A DNA stretch of 62,092 nt, the filler included, from Choristocarpus tenellus KU-1152 (taxonomy: Eukaryota; Protista; Phaeophyceae): NCBI GenBank assembly GCA_964200185.2. It is 10 parts of 10 records of this genome, joined end to end, with 100 filler letters (N's around TTAATTAATTAA, not from the genome) between each part and the next. Parts side by side here need not be neighbours in the genome. Positions count along the whole stretch, not along the records: positions 1 to 16,051 come from CAXNAD020000882.1; 9 more parts are not named here. One strand, 5' to 3'. Below the pieces are notes generated by a model. That model saw only the letters and a program-made list of their open reading frames with translations, was not told the origin of the DNA and did no database searches. A program made the translations under genes and the position numbers. This document shows positions 1 to 13,100 of the stretch, one piece after another; within the stretch, counting starts at the first letter, position 1, and each line of letters opens with the position of its first letter.

Positions 1-3000
1 CCCTTAAAAAGTGCCGCAACATTTACAAAAAAAAACATATGGACACTTCCCACGCACCGTTTTGGGTCAAACTCATCCTCCATGGTGTGCTCCATCCTCA
101 ATTTTGCTGAGAGGCTGTTAAATGCAGGTGTGGTGTGCAATTTTGTGGTTGTCTTAGAAAATGCCTCATCTTTATTCTGGACGACTTCCAGTTAGAATAA
201 TCATATGACTGCACCCACTCAGTGAGTCCCTGTTTCTCCACCATCACTAGCCAAGCTGTCAGACGAACCTTCTCTAGATGTGGTGCCTGAGTGCTCAACA
301 GAATCAAGAATTATCATGTTAAATACATCATCGATCCAGAAGAGTGAGTGGAATGTGTGACCTGAGGGGCCAGTCCAACCACCTGTGGATACAGTCACAT
401 TTGCGCCATGACACACATCCTCAACATTGGCACAGAGATTGCTCTCGACAGCCCTTAGTAAGTTGGGGAGTCAACAGTTATAAGTACTACGGGCTAGCAA
501 TTGAGGGTGTGGATCCTCTTCTTGAAATGACTGCTCTCCACTACCTGTGTTGTGAACGCATAGATGAGGGGGGTTGAGGTGTTAGCTTTGATGTGCCACA
601 GGACATAACATGACAAAAAGAATGGGCTGTAAGGGTGAGCATGTTTGACACAAGCGTGACAGAGATTATATGAAGAGAAGAAAAAGTTGGGAAAAGGTGA
701 AGGATGAGATGTAAGATTATTTTATACCCAAGAGTGGCTGGCAACCCATGACCACGAAATGACACAGAAGGGCAACCCAATCCTGTTCCCTTCACTTTGA
801 AGAACGTGTTGACATGTTCCTATGTGCACGACCTAAATCTCTTGCCTTTCTTCTTCATGCTCTTGAACAGCCACCCTGTGCCCAGAGTTGGAGCATTGGA
901 GGTGGTTTCTTGGGTTTGGGGTCAATCTGGACTCCCCCATGTACATCTTTGCGCTGGGAAAGTCATCATTCTTCACTGAGGTATCACATATAGTCATGTT
1001 GACAAGTCTCAACATCATGTGCATTGCCAAGAAACACCAAGTCGGTGCCTTCCACCTGATGGGTCCCACCTTTTGCCAACTTTGAACTTCTTTCTTGGTT
1101 TAGTGATTGTAACCCGGATCCTGTCAGGCTTCAACTTCGCCATGTTTCGATCCTCCACTTGATCTTCTTTGTCATTCTTAGCATGTGGGAGGCCAGACCC
1201 TGCAGATGGACCCTTAGAAATCCTCCAAACCCACAGACTCCACAGGTGCTAGGCAGATTCAGAGTCATGTAGAAATGTAGTGAGAGTGAAACCTTGTCAT
1301 GACCAGGGTTACGGGTTGTGTTACATCCATTAAACGGTTTTACACTAGTGCCAGGACACAACCTTACGTCAAGTGCTTCCTTTCAAGTAAGGCATAAACC
1401 ATAGTAAATACATGCAATCCAAAAACTTGTTTCACTCTGTGTCCTCCTTTCCTTTCCTGAGTTGTACCGCCTCAACCTTGCTTTTGCTTGAAAAGGACCC
1501 CACCACTCCAGGCCTTGCAACTGTTTTTAAACTGCAACCTCTTGCCTTGATGGGGGCAGAACAAAATATCAAAGGCTTGACAGGTTGGCTTGCCGTGGTT
1601 TGTGACAGGGAGGCTGCCTGTCACGTAGTTAGAGGCACTCTATAAGTGCCAAGAAATGTGAATCTCATGCTTCTGAGGCTAGTGTAGGGGGAGGGGAGGG
1701 GTTGCACAAAATCCATCCGAAGGAGGCCCTGCTTCGTGGTAAATTTAGATGAGATTTTACTTCTTAATAATGTACACATCCACACCATATGTACATAATA
1801 CCAAATATATACTTCCGAATTAAGATTAGAATGGATCTAAGCAGTCTGCATTATGAAGGATGGGTGTTAAGATGGGTGGAGCAAATCATGATTCCTGTAT
1901 CACGTGTAATGCCACGTTGAAGGTCAGGTCAAGACTGGAAGGCATGGTGTATACTAGCACACCAAACCAGTACAGCTCTAGATCAGCAGGGCAACCCTAG
2001 CTACATATCTATTTTATTACCACCCCTGTGCAGTAAATGAATGACTTAACACATGTTCGCCCAAACGTACCTAGAGTCGAACTCCAAGAATCAAGCAGGT
2101 TGATAAAACTATTTAGAAATAAACAATCGGTGTAAACATTCCACATGGATGGACTGGGTTTGCCTCCGCTGTGTGTGTATGTGTGTGTCATGTGTGTGAT
2201 TTGAGTGTCACCATTAAAGCTTGACTTTATTGGGGAAACGTTCTGAAGACACATCGCCTTGTGCCAGTCCAACTGGAGTAGAGAGGTTGTCTCCCTGACC
2301 ATTCGCCTTCCGTTTCTTCTTTGCTGTAACAACCCCCTTCTTCTTAACTTTCCGTGGCGCAGGCCTCTTGTGGGTTTTAATGTGCCGCTGTTTGCCATAG
2401 ACACAAGAGAGGGGTCTGTTGAGTTGGATAAGTGTTTATGGGCAAATTTGTATGGCAACGTCAATGGTGGAAAACAAAGTATTGGCAGGGAATGAGCAGA
2501 TGAAGGCAAATTGAGAGCTCATGTGGTACCAAAAAAAAGATGCTCGGACACAGGTGTGCTGAATGTTGCTTGACTACAAAAAAATAATGAGGCTACTAAC
2601 TTGTAGAACTTGAAAACACATGAAAAAGGTTTGTGGTTGATGACAGTGGGGACTTCAACACACCTCTGAACAAGCAAGGTGAGATGCTCAACACTGCAAC
2701 AAATACAGAAAAATTGAGCACCTTCAGGAGAGGATTCGAAGTTGAAGGAGTTGAAGATGAAGGATGAGCAAACAGGACATGAGGTGCTGGGAGAATGGTT
2801 GCGCTGCTAAGCAATTTAGCTAATCCCACAGCAATCACAAGGGTGGGAAGCATTTATCATAGGAATCAGACTCAGCAGCACACAGAGCAAAGCCCACCTC
2901 CAATGCCCAGAATGACTTAATTGTCATTGTGCACCCCAGCATGCTACAAACACTCCATGGGAAGGTGGACTTTGCTGACGACCTTCCACGAACAGCACGC

Positions 3001-4469
3001 TCTGCTTTGTGTCTATCCTTGTACAAGTCAAGCCACGCTATAGACAACTCCGTCCCGGCAGGGTCCTGTTGAAGGGTTGAGTAGTTGAGTAGTTGAGTAG
3101 TCGAAAATGTTTTGTGTATACAGTTTCCTAAATTATTGCTTGTGTTTGTATACGGTCGTTTAGAACCTGGTGAGTATGTGGGGGCCATCTAGCCATTGCT
3201 AAACTGCTTTGCTAAACAGGCATGTAAAGCATAATATACTTGCCACTCTGATGACAAAAGCACTCGAGCATGACTTTGTTTCAGTTTGATGCTCTCTCCA
3301 CTACCCAACAATACCACACCAAACATTTTGATACACTTGGTATTAGGAAGAACATGAGGGACCTAGAAAAGGCAAGTCTGATTTGTCCTGGAGGCTGGTG
3401 CAGCTATATCACGTAAAAAATTATCCTCCAATCAAGAATCGACAACACACACATAAGTCAAGATGCATCGGACAACATGTGTCTCTCACTACTTAAAGGA
3501 AACTAGAACATAAACCGGATTTAGTACAAAGGGGCATCAGAACGTGCATCAGGTGTAAAAACATGCCATCAAATTCTTAAGGGAATGCCAAGTATGCCAC
3601 AAAAGAGCTAACACCTGATGTGTTCGGAACATATCTTAGGAAAGCTGAGTCTATGGTAGATTTTTGGTACATGCGCAAGAACCTACAAGTATTCAGCTAC
3701 AAGTATGCTCCGAAGTACATACAACTCTTAAAAAAATTACTTGAACCAGCAGTTGAACCCTCAATACTCCCTCCCAACCGTGATTCTCGCTTTTGTTTTC
3801 CTGGGCAACTAATCAATGCAGGGGTAACGTGATTTCAAGTACTTTAATGAAGCCACCAAGTTAGCGTAAATCAATATGGACCACTCCAGATTGCCTGTCC
3901 TCGGTCTTTGGTGATAAGTCACTGACACAAATTCTGTTCCGTGAAATAATTCCCCCCTAGAAGGAGCTGAAGTGACGTAAGTGGTCATGTCTACAATACT
4001 CCTTGAGTTAACTGTTGGTGTATACGGGTTAAAACTCACCAACACCATCAAGCCCTTAAAAAGGTGAAGACCTGGTGCGGACAGGATATCTGTCAGACCC
4101 CTCAAATAGGGAACAAGCATCACTAGTGGGTTGTGTCAAAACTGTGAACAGTTGACAAGTCGCTAGCATCAAGATTTTATGACATTTGTACCAGTTGAGA
4201 AGATTCTGAGTAACCAGCAAGCGAGGGGAATTCAAGCACGAGCAAGGATAAAGTGTTGGAGGGAAATGCAGAGGATAAGAGAGAATGATTCCAACAAGGA
4301 TCTGACAGGTGAGGATGGCAGCAAAGTGGAGGGTGACTGCGGAGAAATGACTCGGGTATCAGGTCAACAGACAATGGGGAGCTGGAAGATGAAGGTCAAT
4401 TCGTTCTTGTCCAAGGGGAGAAAATTAACAGCCCCCTTTGGAGAGTAAAGGCATGTTGGATTGACAAGC

Positions 4470-5400
4470 ATGGATTTGAGAGCCACTGACAAGTGGTCTG
4501 CAGACTTGATGCGGTTGCAGCAGCATCCATCAAGACGAAGATTTGGAGGTATCAACTACTTCAATCTGCAGTTCCTTGAGGACCAGATCAAGGTCATTGT
4601 AACGGCTATGAACACTCCTGTGCAACAAAGCAGGTGTTGAAGATGATCTAGTGACACCCAAAAAACGTTAGGTGCTCTGATAGACATGATGCCGGTTGAG
4701 AGTGTGGACAACAATCAGTCTGGTTATTGGGACAAAGGGAGCTGTGCAAACAGCATACACATTGGAACGGAATTTGGGCAATATACATATATATATATTG
4801 CTTACAATTGGCTCAAGGTCATACTCTCAGCATTCTTACTCCCTACCAGGGGATGTGAGGATGGGGGAGGTGGGTAGAGAACTAACTCTGTAATGACTTG
4901 ATCAAGTGACACCCATAGTCATCACAGGGAGTCCTTGCTTGCTCTTTAGGAGGCCTAGCAAGTGCTGATGGCACAGGGAATTTGCCACAATGTTGGGGAT
5001 TATTGAGCATGCCTTCTTTTGGACCAGTGGGGAAAGGAGAAAAAACGCAACTTAACTGACCACACTGTACTATCCTTACTCATATGGAAGGATGACAGGG
5101 CAGTAGCATATTCAGCAACAGCCTTGGACCCAGACCCCAGTGATCACCCTATTTTGTCCTTAAGTGACTTTCACAGCACCAGGGGATGTCTCCAGCTAGG
5201 AGCGGCAGTAGTGGGAGCCATAGAGGTGGAAAAAGGGAGTGCGTCATGCTGAAGTATTCGGCCTGTGTAAGACAAAATTACCAGCTTTTACTATAGGACA
5301 TGCTCTATTGGAGGTAGAACTGCTGTGCTGTGTGGATCAATCACAAGAAGGCAGTGCATAGCCGTGCACTGTGCACCCTGCGAGGGTTAGGAAGTCTCTT
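4470..5400 (+). mobile_element. Possible decayed non-LTR retrotransposon relic
   Basis: Stop-interrupted translation includes QHPSRRRFGGINYFNLQFLEDQIKV..AMN, resembling the post-RT GGLG..L..K..LN motif of LINEs. No intact ORF. Confidence 0.25.
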
Positions 5401-5782
5401 GGGATGAGTTTGAGTGTCCATTCAAGGGCATAGTTTGGGGAGACTCAGGTATGGATTTTGATGCTTGTGTCCAATCCAATGTGTAGAATAGGGTTTCAGT
5501 TCAGTCGGCCGTACCACATGACTGAAAATGAAACTGTTGACAGTACATGTGAAATTCATTGGGAAAATGTTTAGCATTATACCAGTCTGCCCACCAGATA
5601 TCCTTGAATAAAAAAACTGGTCCAATCTGGTGCGCTGCTTTTCGGGTGATTCTTGCATCTGACCTGACATTAATAGCAAATGGCAATGCCTGGCAAACCA
5701 ATGTGTGTATGACATATTTGTACGTATCACATTTTGGGTCATAAAGGATGGTGTGTCTTGGCAGCATATATCACAGGGACTT

Positions 5783-5966
5783 GGCTCAAAGTATCTGGAG
5801 GGGGGAGGGGGGCTACACCATGGTGTCCGTTCGGGTGCTGACCAGGAGAAGTGCACTTACATTATCCATCCAACGCATGCAACCAAATCAACCAAAAATC
5901 GCGACAAGGAAAAATGGGCCCTGGATGGACAGCTGGCAGCCCCCCCCCCCCCAGATACTTTGAGTC
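5783..5966 (+). mobile_element. MITE family B (~185 bp), complete copy
   Basis: TIRs GGCTCAAAGTATCTGG...CCAGATACTTTGAGTC. Flanked by an exact 4-bp ACTT duplication (5779-5782 and 5967-5970). Related copies at 28457-28625 and 47308-47485. Confidence 0.85.
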
Positions 5967-6278
5967 ACTTTGAACTGGGTTTCCAGGCCGTTTGGTCGTG
6001 ATAACTGCATTTTCCATATTTTGATGGGACGTTGTCGTAGAGTCTAGCCCAGGCAATGAAAAGTGGTGCAGAGCAAACCAAGTTGTGTTTGTATTTGCAA
6101 GGCACCTTATGCAATGTATTCAAGCACACATAAATGCAGCATGGGCTGGGGGGGGGACCTGGGGAGGGATTCCTGGGCATCCCAGAGCACTCATGTTTGA
6201 AGCTTCCAGTGCAGCATGGGATCGACAGATAAATTACTAGAAGCAAAAATGACTAGGTTTGGGGTTGAGCGATGTACT

Positions 6279-9200
6279 TTACAACACAGGCAACTTCTCC
6301 ACGCAGTTGAGCATCCCCCTCACCTCTATTCCCCAATGCAGTACTGGGGCCCTGCGCCTCTTTGTAGATGGAGCACGACCAGAGCTTGGTACACAGACCC
6401 CCCGCTGTGCCTCACGCATGAGGTGTGCCTCATCCTCTAGCTTAAGCAAGGGCCAACGAGCCGTGAAGAGGGGCATCCACACCCTACTCCCCCCGAGCAG
6501 TTCCCACCACCCACGGTGTACACACATCAAACGGCATACGCGTTTGTGGGTAAGGAATGAGAACACTCCCATGGTCACTTCATCAGGCATCTGCCGCCAG
6601 TCGCCTGGCAGACCAAACCCACCCTCTCCTCCTCCACCCCCAGAATTTTCTTCCGCCTCCTCCTCCTCCTCCTCCTCTTCCCCCCCCATTACATTCCAAT
6701 CATGTTTGTAAGTTACCAATCTGTCGTTCTCGAGAGGAGTCAGCCATTGAAAGTCGGAGTCCACTGTTCCCGCAACCAACCTCCACGACCTTGGGAAGTT
6801 CGAAGACACCAATGAGAAGCCTAGGTTCCCCATGCAAAGCCCACAACTATCTTCCGAGATCTCTGTCCTCTTGATCCTCGCGGCAAAGCCATCCTGCCAG
6901 CATGGGCACATTTCTAGCCCCTTGGAACGACCACCAAGCACAACCTTTGTGGTTGAAAGGCTCATGAAACCTGACCTTTGTAGGACTGAAAATGCTGCTC
7001 TTGCAAGCGTACTTGGAAGTGATGCTAATGGGCGAGCATCGCTGTCAAATATAATCTCAAGGAGGTTGCCTATGTCCTCCCTCACAAAGCTTGCCTCCAC
7101 ACCTGACCTTCCTGCATGCCTGCACTGGCGTGTGAGTATCAATGCCAGGACACAACTCAGGGACACAAGTACAACTTGCCGGGCCTTGCTCAATTGTTGG
7201 TTTTGGTCCTCTTGGTCAACAAGTTTCAACACTGGAAGAGTTTCTTGCGCCAACCACAGGAGATGTTCATTGGCAACACTCTCACTCAGATGTTTGCACT
7301 GGCAAAGGTGACCCACATAACATTCAAGCATTGGCAGATCGCATTCTACCAGCTCTAGTGCAAGCCCAGGCCCAGAACTTCTGGTCTCTTCCTCGGGTTG
7401 TTGCAGAGGATCAGCCATAGGAACAGCAGGGTTGCCCTCGAGACACCCCAAAAGAGCTCTCAGCTCTTTGCTACAAAGCTTTCGAAGGAATGAGGCAACT
7501 TCCTTCCCATCATCTCCAGTGACTCCACCAAGAAAAGCAAGTAGAAGTCTGCAACCACGCGGCAGAGAAGCTCTTTTTCCACCTGCTCCTGATCCTGACA
7601 CCCTCCCACTTCCCCTGTCAGCTACACCTGCAAAAGTCACCTTGGTAGCTGCATAAGCCTCCTGGATACCCACAAAAACCGCACGGTATAGACAATCCTG
7701 CAGTGATTTGGAGCATGCACGGAAATGCACGTCAAGCGCCCATCGCATCACCCCCTCTAGCACAGCATCCTTCACCCCTTGCACGCGACAGTAGCCCAAG
7801 TCTTGTTCCTTTTCTATGTTTTCAGGGGGGAGACCTGTGCCTGGGCAAGCGATTGCTGTGCTGATGGCCTGTGAGCATGGTTTGTACTGTATGTCCTTAT
7901 CCTCAGAGGCCTTTGTGCCGTTACCCTTATCCCTTCCTACGGGACACAGATGGGGGACTGATACATGTGACCTATCACGGTTATGGGAGTTCTTCGAAGG
8001 AAAAACAGAATTGAACGCTCACATACTTGCAGAGTACTTTTTACATAAGAACCCAAATGGTAACGACCCTGTCTCTACAGGAACTGAAGGGCAGAATTCG
8101 AAAATAAGAACACCACAAAATATGTGAGGTGACTAGTTGACACCATGTGATACAATTGATGAGTAGATGAGCATTTTCCATTGAGTTCGACTTGAATGAC
8201 ACAAACTGACCTTTTCCAGGATAAGAAAACACTTCAAACTGCCTACCTCCTTCACCCTTTCCATACGACAGCGCTCACCACACCAAGAGTCTCCTATAAA
8301 GCACACGAGCACTGGCACCAGGATTGGGCAGAGGAAACGTGGAGACCTTGTTGCCAGGGAGAGTAAGCCCTCAACTAGAATAGGAACAGCACCAAAATGT
8401 GTCACTACCCTTTCCTGCAGGAGTCCTTCCATACGATCGGTGACTAAGGCCTTCAGGACACTGCTGGGCATTGACGGGCAAGCTTCAAGGGTTTGATGCA
8501 GAGCATCCACCAATGCAGCTGTCAGGGGCTTTGCCTGCTCAGGTGGGGTGGGGGGAAGGAGCATATTAGGTTGGAACAGAAAAAGAATCATGGTCTCAGG
8601 GAGCCACCAAGCACCCCATCCAAATGCATAGGGATAGGTTTAGTATGCGATGAGAATATTCCCACGGGCATGACAGATCAATACTGAACATGCCTCATCT
8701 TTTTCAAAAGATAAATTTAAGAGTGGAAATGTTACCAACGACCACCTTAGGTTCAAATGAATGACGTCTCACATCTGGACTGGATCGAACCGCTGCTAAG
8801 CGACGGAGAAACACCTGAATAATTGCTGGCGAGCTAACCGGGTAGGCCAACTGCACCTGACAGGACGAAGGTGATACAAAGTGGGAGCGGAGGTAGAGTG
8901 GTGGCGCTTGTTGTGACTTCCACGCCTTCATTTTTAGATCAGGTAGAAGGACTTCAAGTCCAACAAAAAACTCACATTCTTAAGGAGTGAAATGATCTCC
9001 AACGTCAAGCCGCACTGGAACGAACTTGGAGAAGACCTGTAACCTCGTGCACACGCACGTTGCACCAGAAGGTCGACCGCTGATACAATTGAGCATATCA
9101 AGGATTAACAAGACAAATCATTGCTAGCAGGTCTATATGACCGCCTGACTGACGAGAGGCTGGATTCCTTCACACGACAATCAGAGGCACAAGAATTCGA

Positions 9201-9710
9201 GTCATCCCCAGCAAAATTAGTCGAGATCGAGGGTCATGGTTAGGTTGCTCACCATTCGCAGCAACTGTGCGCCACCACTGTGCAAAAGGGCTTGAAGTTG
9301 AAGTGGACGAACGAAGTATCATCATATTCAGCATTGAAGGAACCACAGCTCCGGATGAGATCCTGTTTGTTGACGAGCAAAGGCGAGGTCAGCAGATCTC
9401 AATAGTAACACTAAGTTCATTTTTATGGCTAGTATGGCGCTCTGGTAGACCTTGTAATTTTCAGTGGCAATCGGCCAGCTAGGTATGAAATTGTGGTGCA
9501 CCCGATTAAACTAGCCTTCAGAAAAACTGAGAGTCCATCCCTCCACTCGACGCCTTGCTCTGGAGAGTGACAACCATCTCCAAGCATGTAGTCATGCTTG
9601 TATCTCCTGAGACTGTCCGAGAACTCCTTCAGGCGCTCCCAGCCTGAGCTGGGCGAGTGTGGAAGCGCCTCATCTCGGAGATCCACTGTCCAGTCACTCG
9701 GCAGGGACAT
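6279..9710 (-). CDS. Multi-exon gene encoding a protein with a C-terminal F-box-like domain
   Basis: ATG at 9710 (MSLPSDW...). GT-AG exons near 9250-9360 and 8975-9080 splice in frame (..RTVAAN-A-VDLLVQRAC..). Further coding stretches at 8704-8931 and 8133-8591, then a long exon ~7937-6279. F-box-like motif WRQMPDEVTMGVFSFLTHKRVCRLMCVHRGWWELLGGSRVWMPLFTARWP at ~6450-6600. Exact exon boundaries are partly uncertain. Confidence 0.7.
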
Positions 9711-10103
9711 GAGCTCTGGGATGGTCTTGTCCCTTCAAACTAAAAGTAGGTTATGTGTTACTTAGGTTCGAAGTTGTAACACACAACCGATTTTATACAT
9801 TGTTGGAAATATGAAATCGGTTGAACACCTCAAAAATGTAGATACTATGCATCTAATTTCTGAGCTACCACCTTAATGATATCCTTGCTATCCATGACCC
9901 TCAACGCGACATTGGGTAAAGTGTGAAGGATTGGATATGATTCAGATCGAACACCTTCAATCTCATTATAGCAGGCATGAGTCTAACCGTGCGCGGGACT
10001 CGGGCTGGAAGAATGTAAGCTGTCAATAGTTACAGCTGCCCTCACAAAACCGGCATCAACAAAGATTGTTTTGGTCTTGTTGAGACTGCGTTTTTGAAGA
10101 GTC

Positions 10104-13100
10104 TTGCCATTGGAAATGTTTTCATCCGTCTTTGACAAGGTGGTGTCGCGAACAGCTCCCAAAATCCTACAAACCTTTCCCGCAAGAGAAGCACTGCCTG
10201 TAGACCCGTCTACCCTCTGCTGTCTGGCTTTTGCCGATCATTTTCTTAGTAATTACCCCATCTCACGAGACACCGTTAGAGCATCAATTCCTGAGAAGGG
10301 TGAGCTGTCGGCTGGGATTGCACTCAGCCCCAACGATATTGAGACGGTTATGAAGGGCTCCGCGATTCTGGCTGGTCGACTGGCGACTGCTTTGAAGCGT
10401 AAGACAAGGTCGACGGATGGATCAGTACTCACGTGCTGTCCAGCCGAGCTACTCGCCAAAGTCAAAGGCATGTACGGAGATCGGCTGACTTGCATTGGGC
10501 GGGAGATTAGGATACTACGAGACTTGAGGGCTGAGCAAGAAGAAACCATGCTGCTACGCCAGATGCACACCCTTAAGAACGCTGCGGTGGGCGCTGACAG
10601 CGGTGCAAGAGAAAAGTGGTGCCTCGTTGTTGGATCTGGAGGCGAGAGCTTGACCATATGCGGGATTCCCCTGTCACAAGCTGAAGGTTCAATTGGCGGT
10701 TGTGATTTCCTCGTCTTTGACCCCTCTCCACGCCCGCTAATGAATCTACAAGGTTCGTACGTCATCAGGTTTACAACAGTCAGGTGAAGAAAATTGTGAG
10801 TTGCGTCTTGTCCAACTGCCACACCCACCAAATCACAAAAAAATTGTGGAGTTGGAGGCACTTACGAGCCCCTAAAAGAGCGCTGTAGTAATTCACTATG
10901 TACTATTGGTATCTATGCCAATCATCCCACGGCTTCAGTATTGGTCATATTCTTAAAAGACAAACATTAGTATGTCTCGATTTTTTTACGGTCCATTACG
11001 TGATTGGTGTAATTCACTCTAATGCTGACTCTACTCCTGGACTCCTGTGTATGGGCTTGGATTTATGCAGAGGGCTGCAGCTGCACTTGATATCAGCTCT
11101 AGGACAAGTATGGAGGACTGAAGGAAAGGGATCAAATCCAGCAAAGCGGAATGGATCAGACTACATCAATATCTCTGTTGTCATGTCATCCCTTCCTAGT
11201 GATTCTAAACCAGACCAACTTCAAGGCAGACATGTTATGGATGTGAACGGTGAGGGGCTTAATTCCCTTCTTGAGAGCAGCCACAACCTAAACACCATCC
11301 TCATGTGTTTGTTTGATCGGATCTAATTATGCGCGCTATGATCGTCTGACCTTCAGGAATGGATTTTTAATGCCGAGGTTCAATCCTCTCCAGCAGCTAC
11401 AAAACGATTGAGTGTAGGAGTCACAGTGCAGTTTCCATTTAAATGTATTAGACATAAGGTATGCCTACAGGAGAACTACAACTGTTCACATTCCAGAACC
11501 CTCTAAGGCGTATTTTTTGTCTCTTCTACATTGGAAGGAATCCAATCACAGGCTTCTACCATGACAATTTGATCGTCCAAAATATCCCCCACCAGTTGCA
11601 CAATTGAGGAAGAGTGAGAAGGCCGAAGCCATCAGGAAGAAGAAGGAGGAGGTTGAAGCAATTCGCAAGGCTATGAAACCAAGGGAAAGGGTTGGTGGGA
11701 TAGACAAACCAAAGAACACCAAGAACCTTGAGGATACACAAGTCATGCAGACAAGACACTCTGTAACATGCCCACCAGATAGTGGCAGAAGGGCGCAGTG
11801 CTGCAAGAATGTGGAGGCCGTCCAGTCCCCGTCAGTCATGGATAGCTACCAAGATGCAGGAGTTTGCAAGGGGGAGGAGGTTGGCGGCAGTGCTATTGTA
11901 GGTGTAGTTGACTCACACTCCACAAACACCCCCTCGTCGGTGGTTGGTGGTGCTCTGAATGGGTGGGAGATGGAGGTGTCCAGTGAGTCAGCTGCAGGAC
12001 TCGGGCACATAGCTCTGAAAAGTAGTCAGCTCGAAGACCAAAGCAGTGAGAACCTTGGGGAGAACAAGGCGGAGGACAGGAAGGTACAGTACAAGTCTGA
12101 ACTTTGTAGCAGTGGGGGGAATACTGATAGGTACTCACTGTGTGCAGCTTCACAGAATGCTTTTGTCAAGGCTGCAATATCTGTGCCTTCAGAGGAGAGT
12201 GGCAAGCAGGAGCAGAAATATGCGGATCCTGTAAACAGAAACCTTGGGCTTGAAGGAATACTGGGAAGGGGACCAGAGCTGGCTTGTGCAGCAATGTCAG
12301 ACAGCGTGGAGGAGGAGAGGGAGGGCAGCCTGTTGGACGGGTGAGACACAACTTGCTTGTTGGTGTGGCATGATCCATTCAAAGCGTTAAAAGCTAATAT
12401 CCTTCATCCCTTCATGAGAAAGAGTCGAATTGGAGATACATACTCCTACTCACACATATATTTGGATCGTGAAGCTCCAAATAAAAACTATATGCTCAGA
12501 TTCATAAGATCAGCACAGGTCTGAGTTCAAGAATGGCTTTTGGAAGACCTGTTCAGTATAATCCTTGATTTCTCGGATTACATTGTATCCTCATTCAATC
12601 TTTTTCCATGTAGTAGTGGTTGTTACAGTGCAACCCAAAACATACAATCACCATGGTGCCTTCGTGTCGGTCCACGACTCCAAAAAGTGAACCGTATTGC
12701 ACCGCTGCACCCTGCAAACTCTGCTAACAGACCTTGTCACTGGATATGACATGATACTCTGGAACACGATGAAGAAATTACTCCTGATAGGATTGTGCTT
12801 GACTACTTACAGTCCCCCTTGCCTAAGAAGTATGGGGTGATTGAAATGATGATCTTGTTTAGCATGCAGCTAAATTCCAATCCCAACTTACTAAAGGACT
12901 CACTCTAGCAAGCCTTGAACGAGTCAACTACCAGATAATTCTAACATCACGTTTTTGAAACATCATAAAGTAGTGACAGAACAAACAGAGCATCGTAGTT
13001 GTTGTTGTATCTGCCTTCACCTCCAATATTAATGAGAAAATCTGTGATTACTGAAGTATTATCATCATCGTTTGTCCAGTTGGATCATAGTAGTCATTCA

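Noticed and set aside
1-4170. Short ORFs with Cys/His patterns hinting at MULE or KDZ transposase remnants
   Set aside because: Many stops and no diagnostic catalytic motif could be reconstructed.
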